A stretch of 64,000 nt of DNA from Candidatus Latescibacterota bacterium (GCA_965248755.1 OZ252149.1:192001-256000), one strand, 5' to 3'. Numbered from the stretch's first letter, positions 31,766-42,744 are shown. Program-made: numbers and translations. Notes: generated from the sequence alone by a model not told the origin.

Positions 31766-32149
31766 CAGCGGTTTCGTGGCGCCTTCGAGCTTCTCCAGGT
31801 AGATGCTGCAATCGGTCCTTTTGTGTCGGTAAACATCCGCGCTCTGCTGGGTAAGGAAACCAGTCCAATACGCCACGTAGGAGTAGTAGGACAAAACAGC
31901 CTCGGCCCCGTCCAGATCAGTCAGGGGTAGGAAGGGCTTCCGGTAACGGGCATGGCAATAAGGGATCGGGTACCGTCGTAGGTGAGGTGGGAGAGGCCCG
32001 TTGTCCCCTGGGGGTTGGGGGTAGGCGCGCGCGTCCACACCGGATAACCTGGAACTGACAGCGAAGGTCGACCACGTTGAACATGTCTGCCAGCTTGCTG
32101 GAGGCACCCTGCACGCGGCCACCGGTAGGCTGACCCGGGTCACAACAAC

Positions 32150-32285
32150 GATATCCCGTCCGACTACCAGATCACCGCTGATTTACAACACTCACGGATG
32201 ATCCTGGGCCAGTCTGGGTACAGCACCGCAGACATCGATAAGATCTTCCACGGCAACTAATTGTGCTTCTTCCGCCAGTGGATGT
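32150..32285 (+). pseudogene. Membrane dipeptidase C-terminal fragment
   Basis: DIPSDYQITADLQ...GYSTADIDKIFHGN*LCFFR. Confidence 0.5.
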
Positions 32286-32980
32286 CCGGGAAGTCCTTGG
32301 TCGAGTACCGGCCATTTGTGCAAAGAAGGCAAGGACATGATCGGGACTGTGCGGATCTAAGCTGTAGCGGGTCTGGCTGCTAGACTACTTGAGCATCCTT
32401 TTCGAATGTATCTCGCTCGGGAAGGTCTTCGAGTGCAACATGAGTGAAAGAGCCCAGGAGGAGCTATTTCTACCCCACACCCAGGAAATATCGGATGGCG
32501 AGGTGGTATATGTGTGGGGAGTGTTCGGTCTGGGATCCCGCAGCGGCTTCCAGTTGTTGACATGCGGTAACACCCAAGTCATTGGGCGGGCAGTCCTGAC
32601 GTTCTAAATCATGAGGGACTCTGTATTACTATGGCGTCTCCTTCACCAAGAGAGCCCCAAGTACCTGGACTCCAGTGGAAGGTCGTGGTCGAAATTGCAA
32701 TGGATACCCTTACTTCATGTCGACACTGAATACCTTTCGGTCTTTCCTCTGTCAGACCACAGCAGCTTTCAAAATATCCACCACTCCGACAGACTTCTCT
32801 AGCGGAACAGCCGTTGACTTCTTGCTCTTTCCGTCATATATTGGAACTGAGCAGAGGAGTTGGAAATCTTCCTCATTTGGTGACTTTCTAGTCAGGATAA
32901 CTTAGCTTCGGCTTACGACTGACGACGGTAAGATTGTAGTGACTAGAATAGAAGAAAATGTTACAATCAGATCCTACTTT

Positions 32981-33025
32981 CCCCCGAATGAACCCCCGAT
33001 TGATTCTATCGGGGGCGATCGGGGG
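32981..33025. repeat. Nested REP-like palindrome
   Basis: CCCCCGA-ATGAA-[CCCCCGATTGATTCTATCGGGGG]-CGA-TCGGGGG. Confidence 0.8.
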
Positions 33026-33098
33026 TCGCGGTAGAGGAGTCACCATACTGAATTAAGTCATAGGCTGGTCTGGAATTGACAGAGAAAGGAGATTGCGC

Positions 33099-34595
33099 AT
33101 GAGACGACGCCGAACGATCTACTTTAACGATGCGCGACATTACTATCTGTACGCCTTCGAGCCGCCCATGAAGTTGGAGGACGCCTGGAGACCGATAGAT
33201 GAGATCGCCGGCACCGCCGTTGACACGTTCATCTACGGCGTCTCAAGCGGCGGACTCTTCTACCCCTCTAAGATCGGACAACAATGGGGTGGAGATAAAA
33301 GTCCAGTCGCGTATTTTTGGCGTGCACGGAAGAATATGCAGAGCCTGATTGACAGGGGCCTCAACCCACTAACTGTACTCATCGACAGGGCGCATGAGGC
33401 AGGTTTGGACTTTTTTGCTAGCCTGCGGATGGGATCCTTCAGCGGAACTGATTCGAGCTATCAGATTGGTGTGCCCGGACCAATGGACGGCTGTCTGAAT
33501 CTAGCTCATCCAGAGGCGCGCGACCATCAGTTTGCAGTCCTTGAGGAGCTGGCCACAGAGTATTCTGTAGAGGGGATAGAGCTGGACTTCGGCTATCCCC
33601 CGTTCTTCCTCAAGCCCGACGAAGTGGAAAAGCAAACTCCATTGATGACAGAGTACGTCAGTAAGATCTCCCAGATGGTCCGGAATAGGCCGGGCGAGCC
33701 TGGGCAGGTCGGAGCTCGAGTATTCCCCACCGAAAAGATGTGCCTTGAGGCGGGATTGGACGTGCGCACGTGGTTTGAGGAGGGAATCGTTGACTTTGTC
33801 GTGCCGCTTTTGTACGGGTATTTCATGCTCGACCCTGACATGCCCATCGATTGGCTCATTCAATCGGCACATCAAAACGACAGCGCATCTGTCTACGCAG
33901 TGCTTCAACCCTACTCAGAATACGAGAGCGGACCATCTCACCGGAGAAAGTATGCTACACCTGAGATGATGCGTGCTGCTGCGGGAAACTTCTGGGATCG
34001 AGGCGTCGATGGTCTCTACACCTGGTTTTTGCGCTGGCCATTAGGAGATGCGGAACGCAGAATTCTCACGGAGATAGGCAATCCCGAACTATCAAAAGAA
34101 GGGGAAAAGCACTATGTTCTGCCGAGGCGTTGCGAAGATGCGGCAGGTGTTGGGCTTGTCTACGATGCGGCACTGCCCATCCAAATCCCGTCTGCTGACT
34201 CGAATGCACGCTACGAGATCCCCTTCTATGTATCAGATAATATACAAGGTTCTTCTGAGCGCGTACGTGAAGTGCGACTTAAGATCAACGTCAGTAATCT
34301 GGTGACGGCGGACAATCTTGCGATACTGCTGAACGGAAGGTCTCTGTCCCAAGAGACTTGCACGCGCACCTTCGGTGGAACACAGAAGATCGGAAATAGT
34401 AATGTTCCGTACAACGGTCAGTGGTTGGAATTCCGCCTGGAAGGGGAACGTCCACATAAGGGTGAGAACCTGTTAGAGGTGTCGCTGGAGAATAGACCCG
34501 ATGGGCTCACAGGAGGAGTGATAATTGAAGATGTGGAAATCGTCATCGAGTACGGTCCGTATACGTCCAGGTTGAACTACGGACCGTACTCGTAG
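33099..34595 (+). CDS. Hypothetical glycoside-hydrolase-like TIM-barrel protein (GHL10-like)
   Basis: IYFND, FFASLRM, NLAHPEAR, EGIELDF and GVDGLY motifs, plus a C-terminal beta-sandwich. AAGGAG RBS. Confidence 0.7.
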   Translation: MRRRRTIYFNDARHYYLYAFEPPMKLEDAWRPIDEIAGTAVDTFIYGVSSGGLFYPSKIGQQWGGDKSPVAYFWRARKNMQSLIDRGLNPLTVLIDRAHEAGLDFFASLRMGSFSGTDSSYQIGVPGPMDGCLNLAHPEARDHQFAVLEELATEYSVEGIELDFGYPPFFLKPDEVEKQTPLMTEYVSKISQMVRNRPGEPGQVGARVFPTEKMCLEAGLDVRTWFEEGIVDFVVPLLYGYFMLDPDMPIDWLIQSAHQNDSASVYAVLQPYSEYESGPSHRRKYATPEMMRAAAGNFWDRGVDGLYTWFLRWPLGDAERRILTEIGNPELSKEGEKHYVLPRRCEDAAGVGLVYDAALPIQIPSADSNARYEIPFYVSDNIQGSSERVREVRLKINVSNLVTADNLAILLNGRSLSQETCTRTFGGTQKIGNSNVPYNGQWLEFRLEGERPHKGENLLEVSLENRPDGLTGGVIIEDVEIVIEYGPYTSRLNYGPYS

Positions 34596-34628
34596 CCCCC
34601 CGATTGAATCTATCGGGGGTATCGGGGG
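34596..34628. repeat. REP-like palindrome with an extra right arm, directly after a stop codon
   Basis: CCCCCCGATTGAATCTATCGGGGG-TATCGGGGG. Confidence 0.85.
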
Positions 34629-34988
34629 TAGACCTGTTCGAAAGGTTCCCAGGTGCACTAACTAAATGCTTCTAATGACCCGTATTTATATCAGAAAGAA
34701 TAAGTTAGGATTCAAGCGATTAGGTTTAACCAACGATGATTAGTTTAAAATAACACATGACTAACTGAAATTAAATGTGGGGGCCAGGTCATCCTGCTGT
34801 TGAGACCAGACACAGCACGCACCGTGTCCGTGTCTGTCTCCCTTGTGCAGGAGGCACGAAGTACCAGCAAACCACGTAGTAGCGAGGTTCCCTCGCCCCT
34901 ACTAATACATTACGTTGGGGCAACTTGTCATCTCTTGGAAAAACTTAAACCTCGCCTTTCCGAATCAGAGGTAGCTCTTAGTTTTTCC

Positions 34989-35017
34989 TTGACAGTATAA
35001 ATTATCCTGACTATATT
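34989..35017 (+). promoter_or_regulatory. Sigma-70 promoter
   Basis: TTGACA-17 nt-TATATT. Confidence 0.65.
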
Positions 35018-35244
35018 TTAAGCATTCTGGCAGAATACCGCCACAGGTGAGCGGCGGATGGATGCCATGTGGGGGAAAGAGGGACAGCTCCCGCGAGAGG
35101 GGGTTTGAAGCCCCGCCCAGGGGAGTGCCGGTGTCGAGCCGCGCCGGAGGCGTTAGGCTCTATGTGGCTTCTCTGCCAAATTATTATTACAAAGCTTGTT
35201 AATGGAAGGCGATTTAGTACCAGAAATTCCGCGAGTTTCATAAT

Positions 35245-36876
35245 TTGCCGCCTGTGTCCGCATTCCATCTGGAACTGGAAGAGTTGATGCACCGTTGTAG
35301 TCTTTCTACACATCTGCCAAACCTCTGGGTCGAACATCGACTTCGTAAGACAGGAAGCGGACGTCTTTGTCTTGGGCTTGCTATCTTAGTAGTGTGCTTT
35401 CTGTGTTATTCTGAGGCGGCTTACGGGCAGAAATTAAGCAAGGAGCCGAACAGTGATTCCGAGAACACCCGAAGCGGACAAGAACAGTATAAACTCGGAC
35501 GCTACTATGCCAAGAGTGGCGACTACGGGGCCGCAGAGACAGAATATAAGAAAGCCATCGTAATGGATCCAAAGAACATCCGTGCTCGCACCGGCCTCGG
35601 CTTAATTTATACCATACAAGCCAGGTATAGTGAGGCAGTAGAGGAATTTAGAGGTGCGCTCCAAATCGACCCTAACGATGTCCCCTCACTCTTTCATTTA
35701 GGTAAAATATCTTTCATACGAAAGGAATACGACAAGGCAAGGGATGCTTACGAACAGGTGGTTAAGCTCTCTCCAAGGTACTTGCCGGCACATCATGGCC
35801 TCGGCATTATCTACTCTCTGAATCAGGAGAAGCATAAAGCGGAACAGAGCTTTAAGAGGGCCATCAGTCTGAATCCCAATTACGGACCTTCTCGCTACAG
35901 CCTTGGGAGAATTTTCCTTGAAAGGCAAGAATACTCCAAAGCTGTAGAGACATTGCAACTTGCCTCAACATTACTACCCAATGACCCGTCTACCTATTAC
36001 GCTCTGGGGCATGCTCTCAGAGCCGTAGGTAGATTTCCCGAGGCTGTAGAGGCGTTCAAAAGGATTTTAAAGCATGATCCCAACCGCGCAGATGTGCACG
36101 ATAAATTGGGTCTGCTTTACATCGAACTGTCCGTTGCCCCTTTGGGTGCTGTATTTGCGGAGCAAGACGTACTATCTGAGGCTATCGGGGAACATCGTCG
36201 AGCTGTGGAACTCGCTCCTTCCAACAGGTGGTTCCACCACAACCTCGGCATGGCCTATGAACGGCAGCGGAAGTACGATGAGGCGGCCCAGCAGTACGAA
36301 AAAACGATCGAAATAGATCCTAATATAGCTCGTACGCACTTTCGGCTCGGGTTGATATATTCAAGACGTAAGATGTACGCTGAAGCTATCGAAGAATTTA
36401 AAAAGGCCATCAGTCTTGAATCTGACGATGGAGAATTTCATCACAATTTAGGCGCAATGTATGCCAAGCTCGGAAGACATGGAGAAGCCATACAAGAATA
36501 CAGGAAAGCTATTGAAGTCGAGCCCCATAACGCAGAAGCTCATTTCAGCCTGGGGAACGCCTATATCAGAGAGGGTAAATCTGAAGAAGGAAAAATGGAG
36601 TTGGAGATATTCAGGAAGCTGCGCGAACATAATGTAGACGATCTGGAACGTAGGGTAAGTATGGTCCCGAGTAACCCTGAATTTCACTGCGATTTGGGGA
36701 TAGCCTATTCAAATCAGGGCAGACACATAAAGGCTGTCAATGCGTACAAATACGCCATTGCTCTTGATCCCTATAACCCTGAGTTTCACTCTCGTCTTAG
36801 AGATGCTTATATAAAACTGGGCAGACAGCAAGACGCACAGAAGGAACTGGAGATCCTCCAGAGCCTGAAAAAGTAG
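35245..36876 (+). CDS. Tetratricopeptide repeat protein (start uncertain, possibly 35287)
   Basis: N-terminal hydrophobic segment and more than 10 TPR units. Confidence 0.9.
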   Translation: MPPVSAFHLELEELMHRCSLSTHLPNLWVEHRLRKTGSGRLCLGLAILVVCFLCYSEAAYGQKLSKEPNSDSENTRSGQEQYKLGRYYAKSGDYGAAETEYKKAIVMDPKNIRARTGLGLIYTIQARYSEAVEEFRGALQIDPNDVPSLFHLGKISFIRKEYDKARDAYEQVVKLSPRYLPAHHGLGIIYSLNQEKHKAEQSFKRAISLNPNYGPSRYSLGRIFLERQEYSKAVETLQLASTLLPNDPSTYYALGHALRAVGRFPEAVEAFKRILKHDPNRADVHDKLGLLYIELSVAPLGAVFAEQDVLSEAIGEHRRAVELAPSNRWFHHNLGMAYERQRKYDEAAQQYEKTIEIDPNIARTHFRLGLIYSRRKMYAEAIEEFKKAISLESDDGEFHHNLGAMYAKLGRHGEAIQEYRKAIEVEPHNAEAHFSLGNAYIREGKSEEGKMELEIFRKLREHNVDDLERRVSMVPSNPEFHCDLGIAYSNQGRHIKAVNAYKYAIALDPYNPEFHSRLRDAYIKLGRQQDAQKELEILQSLKK

Positions 36877-36882
36877 GAACAA

Positions 36883-38700
36883 ATGCGTATTCTCTTCTAC
36901 ATATCGTTCCTTGTTCTTGTGGGGTTATCGTCCTTCGGATGTCAGGGAAGTGACGAGTCTTCTAAGAAAAGTTCGGACAACAGTTTTCCGGAGGATAGTC
37001 AATTCGAGGTGTCAGAGGGCAGCAGTGGATCTTCAAAAACTATCAGCACTGCCAAAAGTCCCCCAGGGGACGGTCGCGTTATGTTCGTCGATGTATCATC
37101 GGATCTGGGGGTCGTTTTGAAAAACGTCTCCGGGGACAGTGAGCAATCCTACGTAGTCGATGCTATGATGGGAGGATCGGCGCTTTTCGATTATGACAAC
37201 GATGGCGATTTAGATCTGTACGTTTTGAATGGATCAAGAGTGGTGGGGTTTCCAGATGGCGATCATCCTCGAAATGCCCTTTACAGGAACGACGGAAACA
37301 CGTTCATCGATGTGACCGAAAAATCAGGAACGGGTGATGAGGGTTGGGGCATGGGTTGCGTAACCGGAGATTACAACAACGATGGAGACCTGGACATCTA
37401 TGTGACTAATTATGGGAAAAACGTTCTGTACAGCAACCAGGGTGATGGAACTTTCAAAGATGTAACAGAACGCGCCAAGGTGGGAGATGAAGGGCTTAGC
37501 ACAGGCTGCGCGTTCTTCGATTATGATGGTGATGGAGATCTGGACCTGTACGTCGCAAACTACATCGATTTTAATCACTTTTTAGAGACCACTCCCGATA
37601 GATCTTACAGGTGGAAAGGACTAAAGGTCCACTTCGGACCTCGAGGGATAAATGGAGATGGGGATATATTGTATCGCAATGAGGGAGATGGGACTTTTTC
37701 GGACGTGACTGAGGAGGCTAAAGTTGTGGGTGAAAAGATGCTCTACGGTCTCGGAGTGATCTGTGGGGATTATGACAACGACGGCGACCAGGACATCTAT
37801 GTGGCGAACGACACTGGCCCTAACTTCCTCTATCAAAACAACGGCGACGGGACCTTTACAGATGTAGGCTGGATGATAGGTGCCGCCTACAGCGCATACG
37901 GCGAGGCACAGGGATGCATGGGAATTGCCTTTGGAGATTACGATAACGACGGTTATCAGGATATATTTGTCACTAACTTTTGGGAACAGACCAATACTCT
38001 CTATCATAACGATAAAGGAGCATTCTTTTCAGATGTCAGCTTTGATGGCGGAGTAGCAATTGAGAGCTTCGAATTTTTGGCCTGGGGCACAGGGTTTTTC
38101 GACTACGACAACGATGGGGATAAAGACCTTTTTGTCGCTAATGGGCACATCTTTCCGCAGCTGGATAGGGCGAACTTGGGCACCAGCTATGCCCAGACCA
38201 ATCAACTCTTTGAGAATTTGGGAGATGGCACATTCGAAGATGTTTCCGAAAATTCGGGAGCGGGGCTGCAAATCAAGAAGGTAAGCAGAGGCGCATCCTT
38301 TGGAGATTACGACAACGACGGAGATATAGACATATTCGTCCTGGATCTGAACGATACTCCTACTTTTCTGCGCAATGAAGGCGGCAACAGAAACAACTGG
38401 TTGATGGTCAAGACTGTGGGAGTCCAAAGCAACAGGGACGGTATAGGAGCAAGGATAAAGGTCAGCTGTGGTGAACTGACTCAGATAAATGAGGTCAGAA
38501 GCGGTTCTAGCTATCTATCACAGAACGATCTTAGAGTTCACTTCGGGCTGGGGAAGAGCAATACTGTAGACCTGTTAGAAGTAATCTGGCCAAGCGGCCT
38601 TGTTGAAAGGTTCGAAAACCTTTCTGTCAACCAACTTGTGGTAGTCCAGGAGGGAAGTGGCATAATTAAGGGAAGTACGTTTTCTGCTATTTCCCGGTGA
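36883..38700 (+). CDS. CRTAC1-family lipoprotein (FG-GAP/VCBS repeats + ASPIC/UnbV)
   Basis: Lipobox-like FGC, repeated DYDNDGDxD, C-terminal SNRDGIGA...GSSYLSQ..VHFGLG...WPSG. Confidence 0.92.
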   Translation: MRILFYISFLVLVGLSSFGCQGSDESSKKSSDNSFPEDSQFEVSEGSSGSSKTISTAKSPPGDGRVMFVDVSSDLGVVLKNVSGDSEQSYVVDAMMGGSALFDYDNDGDLDLYVLNGSRVVGFPDGDHPRNALYRNDGNTFIDVTEKSGTGDEGWGMGCVTGDYNNDGDLDIYVTNYGKNVLYSNQGDGTFKDVTERAKVGDEGLSTGCAFFDYDGDGDLDLYVANYIDFNHFLETTPDRSYRWKGLKVHFGPRGINGDGDILYRNEGDGTFSDVTEEAKVVGEKMLYGLGVICGDYDNDGDQDIYVANDTGPNFLYQNNGDGTFTDVGWMIGAAYSAYGEAQGCMGIAFGDYDNDGYQDIFVTNFWEQTNTLYHNDKGAFFSDVSFDGGVAIESFEFLAWGTGFFDYDNDGDKDLFVANGHIFPQLDRANLGTSYAQTNQLFENLGDGTFEDVSENSGAGLQIKKVSRGASFGDYDNDGDIDIFVLDLNDTPTFLRNEGGNRNNWLMVKTVGVQSNRDGIGARIKVSCGELTQINEVRSGSSYLSQNDLRVHFGLGKSNTVDLLEVIWPSGLVERFENLSVNQLVVVQEGSGIIKGSTFSAISR

Positions 38701-38724
38701 ACTGATGAAATTTAAGGAGTATAA

Positions 38725-41028
38725 ATGAGTAGGCCCTTTTTAACGCTGTTGACGGCATTTCTTTTTCTTTGCAGCTCGTGCGATAGGGATAGAGATGCAT
38801 CAGTAAGATCCCAAAGGGAAGACGTTCAAGATCGCTACTGGATGGGTATCAGTTACTATAAGCACGGCCAACTTGACAAGGCCGCGCGGGAATATGAAGC
38901 GTGTCTGAAAGGAGATCCCAATTACTATGAAGCCCTTGTTGAACTGGGAAGGGTGCACATCGACCAGTATAAGTTCGATTTGAGCGTCCGTGAACTCAAT
39001 CAGGCCATAGAAATCGATCCTGACCGAGTCGAGGCGCACCTCCTATTAGGCGAGGCACTTGCGCACCAGAAAAAGTTTTACCAATCGTACCTGGAATTTC
39101 AGCGGGCGGTTGAGATAGAACCAGGACACATAGAAAGCCGTGTGTCGCTTGGAGAGGCTCTGATGAATCCTGCTACTCCAACGATGAACCTCCAGGAATC
39201 CAAGAGACAGTTCCAAAAGGCACTGGAACTCAATCCGGGTTCTAGGCGCATCAGGTTCTTTCTGGCAGTGGCAGAATTGAACTTAGGGGAGTTTGAGGAG
39301 GCTGCCAAAGAGTTTAAAGCTCTCACTCAAGAGTATGCCAGGTATTTGGATTACCATTATCTCTTGGGCGTGACCCATCTTCGGGCTGGGGAGTATGAAG
39401 ATGCTATCTCGTCGCTGAAGCGTGTAGTTGATATAGAACCCCTCCATATGGAGGCGAAGTGGAATTTAAGACTGGCCTACGCCCAACAAGGAGGGTACCC
39501 CAACGACTTACACCAGAAATACAAAATAGAGCTCTCCAGACAGGGAATTGTTGAGTCACCCATTAAATTTACCGATATAGCTCCCGAAAGTGGGACTATG
39601 AAGGTGGATAGAGGGCGCGGCAGCGCCTGGGGCGATTATGACAACGACGGAGATCTGGACATCTTTGCCGTAGGAAATTACGATGGTCTTGCCCTCTACC
39701 GCAATAATGGCGACGGCACCTTCGATGACGTAACCCAACAGACTGGGGTTGATGACCCCAACGGCGGCTGGGCTGCGCTCTTTGCAGACTACGACAACGA
39801 CGGAGATCTGGACATTTACGTAACTAAAGACGGTTGGAATGGCAACGGTCGAAACACCCTCTATCGTAATAATGGGGATGGTAGATTTGATGATGTTACC
39901 GAGCAGGCTGGCGTCGGAGATACCCGATCGAGCTTTTGCGCCGCTTTTGGCGACTACGATAACGATGGATTCCTGGACATCTACATCGCCAACGGTATAG
40001 TGGGAGACGGATCCCCCAATGCCCTCTATCGGAACAACGGCGATGGCACCTTCAGGGATGTTTCTGCTCAAGCGGGTGTAAATCATAAGGGTAAGGCAAT
40101 CGGGACAGCCTTCGGGGACTACGACAACGATGGGGATTTAGATATATATGTGGTCAACTCTGGTCAGGAAGATGTTCTCTATCGCAATAACGGGGACGGA
40201 ACCTATCGGGATGTGACCGAACAGGCTGGGGTGGCGGGGTGGTCCAGAGAGGGATTTATCACATTCTTTTTAGATTATAACAACGATGGCTATCTGGACA
40301 TTTTCGTTTCCACGATGGCGACGTACCCAGATGTGATAGAGAGTCATGTGTTTGGGAAAGCCCCGAATGACGACTGCAAGCCACTCCTTTTTCGCAATAA
40401 CCAGGATGGCACCTTCTCCTACGCGACAGATGAGGCTAAGCTGCACAAGTGCTTCGGCACCATGGGGGGCAATTTCGGGGACGTGGACAACGACGGCTAT
40501 TTGGATATATACCTTGGTAACGGTGGACCGCAGATGTGGCGTTTGGAGCCGAGCGCGCTCCTTTACAACAACGGCGATGGCACATTTTCCGACATCACAG
40601 AATCAGCAGGAGTAGGACACATAGGTAAGACTCACGGAGTCATCTTCGCAGACTACGACAACGATGGAGATCAAGATATTTATGCCGCCGTTGGGGGAGC
40701 CTTAGAGGGAGATAGATGGGCAAATAAGCTCTACCGCAACGAAGGAAATGGCAATAACTGGCTCACGGTTAAATTAGTCGGAACAAAGAGCAACCGGGAT
40801 GGCATTGGAGCCAAGGTAACAGTCACTACGGGGCAGTTCTTGCGCTATGCTGAGGTGAGCGGGGGATGCGGATTTGGATCTACGAACAGTCTTCCCTTAG
40901 AATTTGGATTGGGATCTTATGAAAGTGCTGATCTGTTGGAGATCAAATGGCCCAGCGGCATAGTCCAGAGCTTGCAGGACGTCCCTGCGAATCAGATCAT
41001 CACAGTTGTGGAAGAGCCTGGACCTTAA
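38725..41028 (+). CDS. TPR + FG-GAP + ASPIC/UnbV lipoprotein
   Basis: Lipobox-like CSSC, N-terminal TPRs, GDYDNDG repeats, SNRDGIGA...EFGLG...WPSG. Confidence 0.92.
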   Translation: MSRPFLTLLTAFLFLCSSCDRDRDASVRSQREDVQDRYWMGISYYKHGQLDKAAREYEACLKGDPNYYEALVELGRVHIDQYKFDLSVRELNQAIEIDPDRVEAHLLLGEALAHQKKFYQSYLEFQRAVEIEPGHIESRVSLGEALMNPATPTMNLQESKRQFQKALELNPGSRRIRFFLAVAELNLGEFEEAAKEFKALTQEYARYLDYHYLLGVTHLRAGEYEDAISSLKRVVDIEPLHMEAKWNLRLAYAQQGGYPNDLHQKYKIELSRQGIVESPIKFTDIAPESGTMKVDRGRGSAWGDYDNDGDLDIFAVGNYDGLALYRNNGDGTFDDVTQQTGVDDPNGGWAALFADYDNDGDLDIYVTKDGWNGNGRNTLYRNNGDGRFDDVTEQAGVGDTRSSFCAAFGDYDNDGFLDIYIANGIVGDGSPNALYRNNGDGTFRDVSAQAGVNHKGKAIGTAFGDYDNDGDLDIYVVNSGQEDVLYRNNGDGTYRDVTEQAGVAGWSREGFITFFLDYNNDGYLDIFVSTMATYPDVIESHVFGKAPNDDCKPLLFRNNQDGTFSYATDEAKLHKCFGTMGGNFGDVDNDGYLDIYLGNGGPQMWRLEPSALLYNNGDGTFSDITESAGVGHIGKTHGVIFADYDNDGDQDIYAAVGGALEGDRWANKLYRNEGNGNNWLTVKLVGTKSNRDGIGAKVTVTTGQFLRYAEVSGGCGFGSTNSLPLEFGLGSYESADLLEIKWPSGIVQSLQDVPANQIITVVEEPGP

Positions 41029-41506
41029 GCACCTTGATATTTTATGAAAGGCGATTGGAAAATCGACTGTTCGTAGCAGTCTAAAGCGCGATATTTTTGA
41101 GTATCGGGTCCAAATAATATGGACAAGAATAATAGAGATCCAATATAGTATACAGCTATACAGCCAGCGGTAGTCTCACTCAGATTGCTTCACTCCCCCC
41201 AGATTGACACACGATAGAAGCCATCGGGGACAAGGGAAGAGTGACTTGACCTTTGTTCGCCGTTACATCGGTCACGACGGATAGTAGACCGGTCGGGTTT
41301 AACTGGGCTAAGGCTCAGTTTTGGAATATCTCCGTTGACTTTTAACATAGTACAAAACTGACCAGCCTGGTGTCCAGAGATAAATTCTGGACATTCAATT
41401 GCTTCTGGCATATCGTAATGTGATTGTTGTATAGTTTGTACAAAGGGCATTATTCACGACTCGCTGCAAGATCAAAATCGTAAGGTCGGAGCTGAAGTTC
41501 ATCACA

Positions 41507-42472
41507 ATGTCAAAAAGGAGGAATACCATTACAGGAACACGATGGGTTTTTCATCTCATAGCTCTGCTGAGTGTCCTCTTGCTGCCACTGGAGACAGGCT
41601 TTGGTCAAGACAATAGCACAAATACAACAAAATCCAGTCTATCAAAGTCGAAAATCGCTTTTGTCTCATACCGCCAGAGCAATGATTTTTTTACTTCGAA
41701 AAGCTCCGAAATTTACGTGATGAACGTTGACGGTACAAACCCAATAAGACTGACCTACAACACGGCGAAGGACTACCTGCCTTCTTGGTCGCCGGACGGG
41801 ACAAAGATCGCATTTGTGTCATATCGCGATGGCAACGGGGAGATCTACGTGATGAACCCTGACGGGACAAACGAAATAAGGCTGACCCACAACTCCGAGT
41901 ATGACACCGCGCCTTCCTGGTCGCCAGATGGGACAAAGATCGCCTTTCGGTCACACCGCGATGGCAACTATGAGATCTATGTGATGAACGCTGACGGTAC
42001 AGACCCGATAAGGCTGACTGACAACCCGGCGCGCGACGGTTTTCCTTCTTGGTCTCCGGATGGAACGAAGATTATCTTTATGTCAGATTCCGATGGCGAC
42101 TATGAAATCTATGTGACGAATGCTGACGGCACAGACCCGATAAGGGTGACCGACAACACGGCGGATGATTTTAGACCTTCCTGGTCTCCGGATGGGCAGA
42201 AGATCCTCTTTTGGTCACACCGCGATGGCAACTATGAAATCTACGTGATGGATAGTGACGGGACAAACCAGACACGGCTGACCGATAACAGGGCGGTAGA
42301 CGACTCGCCCTCTTGGTCTCCGGATGGGACGAAGATCGTCTTTCAGTCAAATCGCGATGGCAATGCGGAAATCTACGTGATGGGCGCAGACGGGACAAAC
42401 CAGACACGGCTGACCGACAACCCGGCGTATGATTGGGGGCCTTCTTGGTCGCCCGCACCGTCCTCCGATTGA
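41507..42472 (+). CDS. TolB-like (PD40 repeat) beta-propeller protein
   Basis: Signal peptide and 44-aa (132-bp) repeats PSWSPDGTKIAF..RDGNxEIYVM. Stop codon lies inside a REP copy. Confidence 0.92.
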   Translation: MSKRRNTITGTRWVFHLIALLSVLLLPLETGFGQDNSTNTTKSSLSKSKIAFVSYRQSNDFFTSKSSEIYVMNVDGTNPIRLTYNTAKDYLPSWSPDGTKIAFVSYRDGNGEIYVMNPDGTNEIRLTHNSEYDTAPSWSPDGTKIAFRSHRDGNYEIYVMNADGTDPIRLTDNPARDGFPSWSPDGTKIIFMSDSDGDYEIYVTNADGTDPIRVTDNTADDFRPSWSPDGQKILFWSHRDGNYEIYVMDSDGTNQTRLTDNRAVDDSPSWSPDGTKIVFQSNRDGNAEIYVMGADGTNQTRLTDNPAYDWGPSWSPAPSSD

Positions 42473-42484
42473 ACCTATCGGGGG
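42462..42484. repeat. REP-like palindrome supplying the TGA of the TolB-like gene
   Basis: CCTCCGATTGAACCTATCGGGGG. Confidence 0.8.
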
Positions 42485-42715
42485 CTAGACATCACGCAGC
42501 TTCCGCGATAGAGTACCGAGCACCCTCGAAGGCTCCTGACAAGCAATGAATGAAGGCGCAAGTGAAGAGAGGTTCGTCTGCCAAGATACGCTATGGCAAT
42601 CCTTCCAATCCCTGAGAAAGAGAAACATATATTCAACGTTACACTACAGCAAAACTTAAGCAAAACTTAAACCTTTACCTTTCCGCAGAATCAGAGTTCT
42701 TATGAAAAACAAGTC

Positions 42716-42744
42716 TTGACATCCGAAAGAGAGACTATTAAATT
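42716..42744 (+). promoter_or_regulatory. Sigma-70 promoter
   Basis: TTGACA-17 nt-TAAATT. Confidence 0.6.

Noticed and set aside
35150..35160. GTTAGGC as another integron core site (also at ~43046)
   Set aside because: No matching RYYYAAC box or cassette ORF geometry, and a 7-mer is expected by chance.
41650..42455. Regularly spaced repeats suggesting a CRISPR array
   Set aside because: They are 132-bp coding PD40 repeats within one ORF, without unique spacers.
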